This document shows positions 60,775 to 64,000 of a stretch of DNA of 64,000 bases, one piece after another; the stretch's first letter is position 1; the number at the start of each line of letters is the position of its first letter. The notes below the pieces were generated by a model. The model ran no database searches. It had not been told where the DNA came from and worked only from the letters and a program-made list of their open reading frames with translations. This DNA is from Hormiphora californensis (Eukaryota > Animalia > Ctenophora). The stretch spans positions 6,882,001 through 6,946,000 of the forward strand of contig CM035350.1 of NCBI GenBank assembly GCA_020137815.1, given 5' to 3'. Made by a program: the position numbers and the translations under genes.

Positions 60775-63700
60775 AGGAGAGAGAGATGAGTATGAGATGA
60801 GATGAGAGAGAGAGTGAGAGACAGAGAAGATCGTATAGATAATATATATTATAGATAATATATATATTCTAGTATTCCAGACCCCCCGATATTCCGCCTC
60901 ACCCCCTTAACATCTTTTCGCCTGCTGATCACATCCCCCCTCCTCTGTATACCACATCCTCCTCTCCTCCAGACTCTTCCCTCTTCGTGTATCTTTCCCA
61001 TCCCTCCTCGACCTTCTGCAGTAGTCACCGATACACGACCCGCCCCCCTTCTTCCACCCCATCACTCCCTTCTCCTCGCCCCCACAGACACACCACACTT
61101 TCCCCCCCCCCTGGAAGAAGGAGGAGAGAGAGGAGAGACTGCTGAGCTGCGCCCGACGTCTATAACACTTAGTAAGGTATTGAGAGGAGAGAGACGAGAG
61201 ATGAAGGAGAGAGAGAAGAGACAGGAATAGACGAGAGACAGAGTACACGTAGTTACTAGAGAGATCTTTTATGATGCACTACTACATAGCCACTTACACA
61301 GACCATCGTTGCTCAAGTCACACACGACACCCACAATGGACATTTCTGCTCTAGAGGGATAGTTGACTGATGCATCAGCAGTCTGATTCCCATCTTCGCC
61401 TAAACCTCCCTCTCGGAATATTACCCAACAACATCATACCGTCTCTCGCAAGGCGAGGTCTATTTTGCTCCAGCATTCAATAGTGAATTAATTAACAACT
61501 ACACCTTCTCGTCCCCCACCGACCAAGCCCCAGAATTCTAGTAGGGACGATATAATCATCTATTCTTCTGTCTCCCTCTCTGTACACTAATTCTGGGATG
61601 GCGCTCTAGCGAGCCGATCCTATCACCCCTCTTTCTAACTAAGTACATTTCCTTCTTCCTCGATAACAGTGGATACACTAGCCCTTGGCTGAACACAGTC
61701 ATAATGGCACACACACAAAGGTAATTCCCTCAGAGGGAGTCCCTCTCCGACTCTCCGTCTCTCTCTCTCTTGTGAACATCTCAACAACTTCTATAAAATT
61801 GAATACCCTTCAAGATTCATATTGGGAAGGTACATAACATAATTTTTACTTTATGTCTCATGCTTATCGCTGTTCACAATTGCTCCTATTTTGCACTCTG
61901 ACAATACTTCCTCCCACAAAGTGGGGTATGCTTCCCCTCCCCCTACTGCTGCATGCCGCGGTAGTGACATTGCGAAACCGTTTATCTTTGCTGAGTCTCA
62001 CCCCTTACTCAACAAGTTTATTTGAATAGCTTTACATACCGTTCATTATTATTATGAATGAGATCTGAAAAGGATACCGCGTGACAATGATCCTACTGTA
62101 TGTTGTAATTTCTATCAAACTTATTGTTTTGCTATATAATTGCTTATCAACATGATATACCATGACATATAAACGAACATTGAAATGCAGCAAAATGACG
62201 GAAATCAATGATCGAATGGAGCCCTTATCTGCATGGAGGAGTGTTTATTCAGATATGGGCAGTATCGACCATTCAACTTGCACGATCATCGACTGGGATT
62301 CATTTCTAAGGTACCATGTGTGTATGATGTGGGGAAATGTAAGCTCCTAATTCCTTGTTTTCAACTACTTAATCTCCTTTGTTTCTCGTTGTTACACAAC
62401 TGCTTTGTTTCTGTGTTCCACTTCCAACATGAGTTATTGTCTATAACCGGTTACCGGCCCCTGTCTGGCAGCGTGCCAGACCCCGATTTGATTCTCAGAT
62501 GGGGTCCACGGCTCCAGACAGCTATAACCCCCTTTCTCATCAATTTCTCAATAGGGTAACTCGACTAGACGACGACACGGAGTGGCATGACTACTTAGCC
62601 AGAACCTACTGTGAAGCAGACGAATTGATGAGGTATTATAGCCTAGAGTCTAGGCTAGACAAGCTTTATTGTAGATAATGTCTATTTTCAACTGTATCTT
62701 TGCGAGAATACTGTACTCTGTATAATGTATATAATAGTGTATCTATAGCCAGGTATCTTGATAAAGTAGCATAGAATACACAGTTGCCTAATACCAGGAC
62801 AAAAGTACCTTATTAAGAATAATAGCATTATCGTATCGAGCTTTGACATATTCAATCAATGCATTTTGATATCCGCTATGAGGATTAGTTTCTAGGGTAT
62901 CATCTTCTTCTTCTTCTTCTTCTTCTGAGGGGTGCCTGGGAAAAACCCACTAGGAACTATCGCTTACGCGATTTGGTCGGCACTAGGGTATCATGCGTGA
63001 TCTTTAGCATATATTTTATCCATTTATCAGGAAGCGAAAAGAGAACGTAAAGAAAAGGACTAAAAGTGACTCGAATGCTAAGCAGTATTTTGAACAAGAT
63101 CAAAAGGTATCCCAATCATATTCTACAAAACTATACACGATCCCATTCACTTGATCACGATTTATTTTGGGGCTGAAACAAAGAGGGGTGCGATGTGCTC
63201 AAAGATTTATTGCGCCCTGCTGAGCTATGCATTTTTTCAGAAACCGGAAAGTGATAGGAAGTTGATCAGGCAAAACTCGGCCAGCTACAGACATTCCCTG
63301 CCCGGTATAATCGAAAATGGAACTTACAACAACAAATCATTCGAAAGGTTAGCCATACACGAACACACCAAGACGTTCATCAAATCAACCAAGATAAAAT
63401 AATTTACCTTGTGCTAATTATATACTATTCATGAGAGTCTAAACTTGACAATTCTCTTAACGTCACAATTCAACAGCAGGCAGGGTATCGCTAGTATACA
63501 AGAGCTGGATCAGGGCGGCACTCTGGACGGGGACAAGAAATCTGTCTCAATGACAGACCTTAGACATGTGAAGAGCAGCAGCGGAGGCAGGATAATGTCA
63601 CGGCTGACCAGCAATGCCAAAAGTATTGAAACCGTAAATATGGTAAGTGTGACCATGGTAACGACCTTGGTAACGACGAATTCATTACATATATTTAGTA

Positions 63701-63900
63701 TGTTAAGAGGTTTCTCTGGAGTTCCATGTCTGCTTAGTACTTGTTTCCAATCGTGTTTCCTCCCTAATCCTAATTGATATTTCCATTGTTTGCAGGCAGG
63801 AAGATACAGAATAGGTTCAACGCCGAGAGAAGTGGGACCGAAGGTGTCACACGTCAAAAAGATACTTCGGTTAAATGGACTAATCCACAATGACTAAACT
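57990..63900 (+). other. Scattered candidate exons of one or more unidentified genes
   Basis: AG/GT-bounded open segments at ~57990-58086, ~62191-62338, ~63476-63642 and ~63796-63897; no recognisable domain. Confidence 0.3.
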
Positions 63901-64000
63901 TAATAGTTCTAAACATATTTAATCTGTGTGTTTTTCCCATGGAGCAAGAAGAACAGTGTACCGAAGTCCGGATCTAACATGTCGATTGTCGACAAATAAA

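Noticed and set aside
63151-63402. Possible hAT TTF-type zinc-finger remnant (MCSKIYC...IHEHTK)
   Set aside because: Motif spacing is poor, and no TIR or transposase core is visible.

Overview
Eukaryotic (animal) genomic DNA with short GT-AG introns, long (GA)n/(CT)n microsatellites and many small DNA transposons. Two dispersed repeats match my recollection of Pleurobrachia-type ctenophore repeats, so the taxon is an inference only. Genes: an intronless anoctamin (plus an inverted, frameshifted second copy within a ~13 kb inverted duplication at the window start), an EF-hand/coiled-coil protein ending in a dynein-stalk microtubule-binding-like domain, ATP synthase beta, DHX16/Prp2, an RBMS/Shep RRM protein, an SLC25A15-like carrier, HROB and kintoun/DNAAF2. 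Mobile elements: a GIY-YIG Penelope-like retroelement with an inverted 3' arm, 15-bp TSD and hammerhead motif, a degenerate RTE-like LINE nested in that arm, a foldback element nested in a hAT-like element, and several MITEs with readable TSDs. Best leads: (1) the standalone dynein-MTBD-like domain on an EF-hand protein, (2) an AG acceptor 2-11 nt before nearly every start codon plus tight same-strand gene pairs, suggesting SL trans-splicing and possible operons, (3) the composite Penelope insertion. Parts of the window (about 1-7900, 50200-54500, 58300-61700) look error-rich, and single-base frameshifts in housekeeping genes suggest consensus errors.
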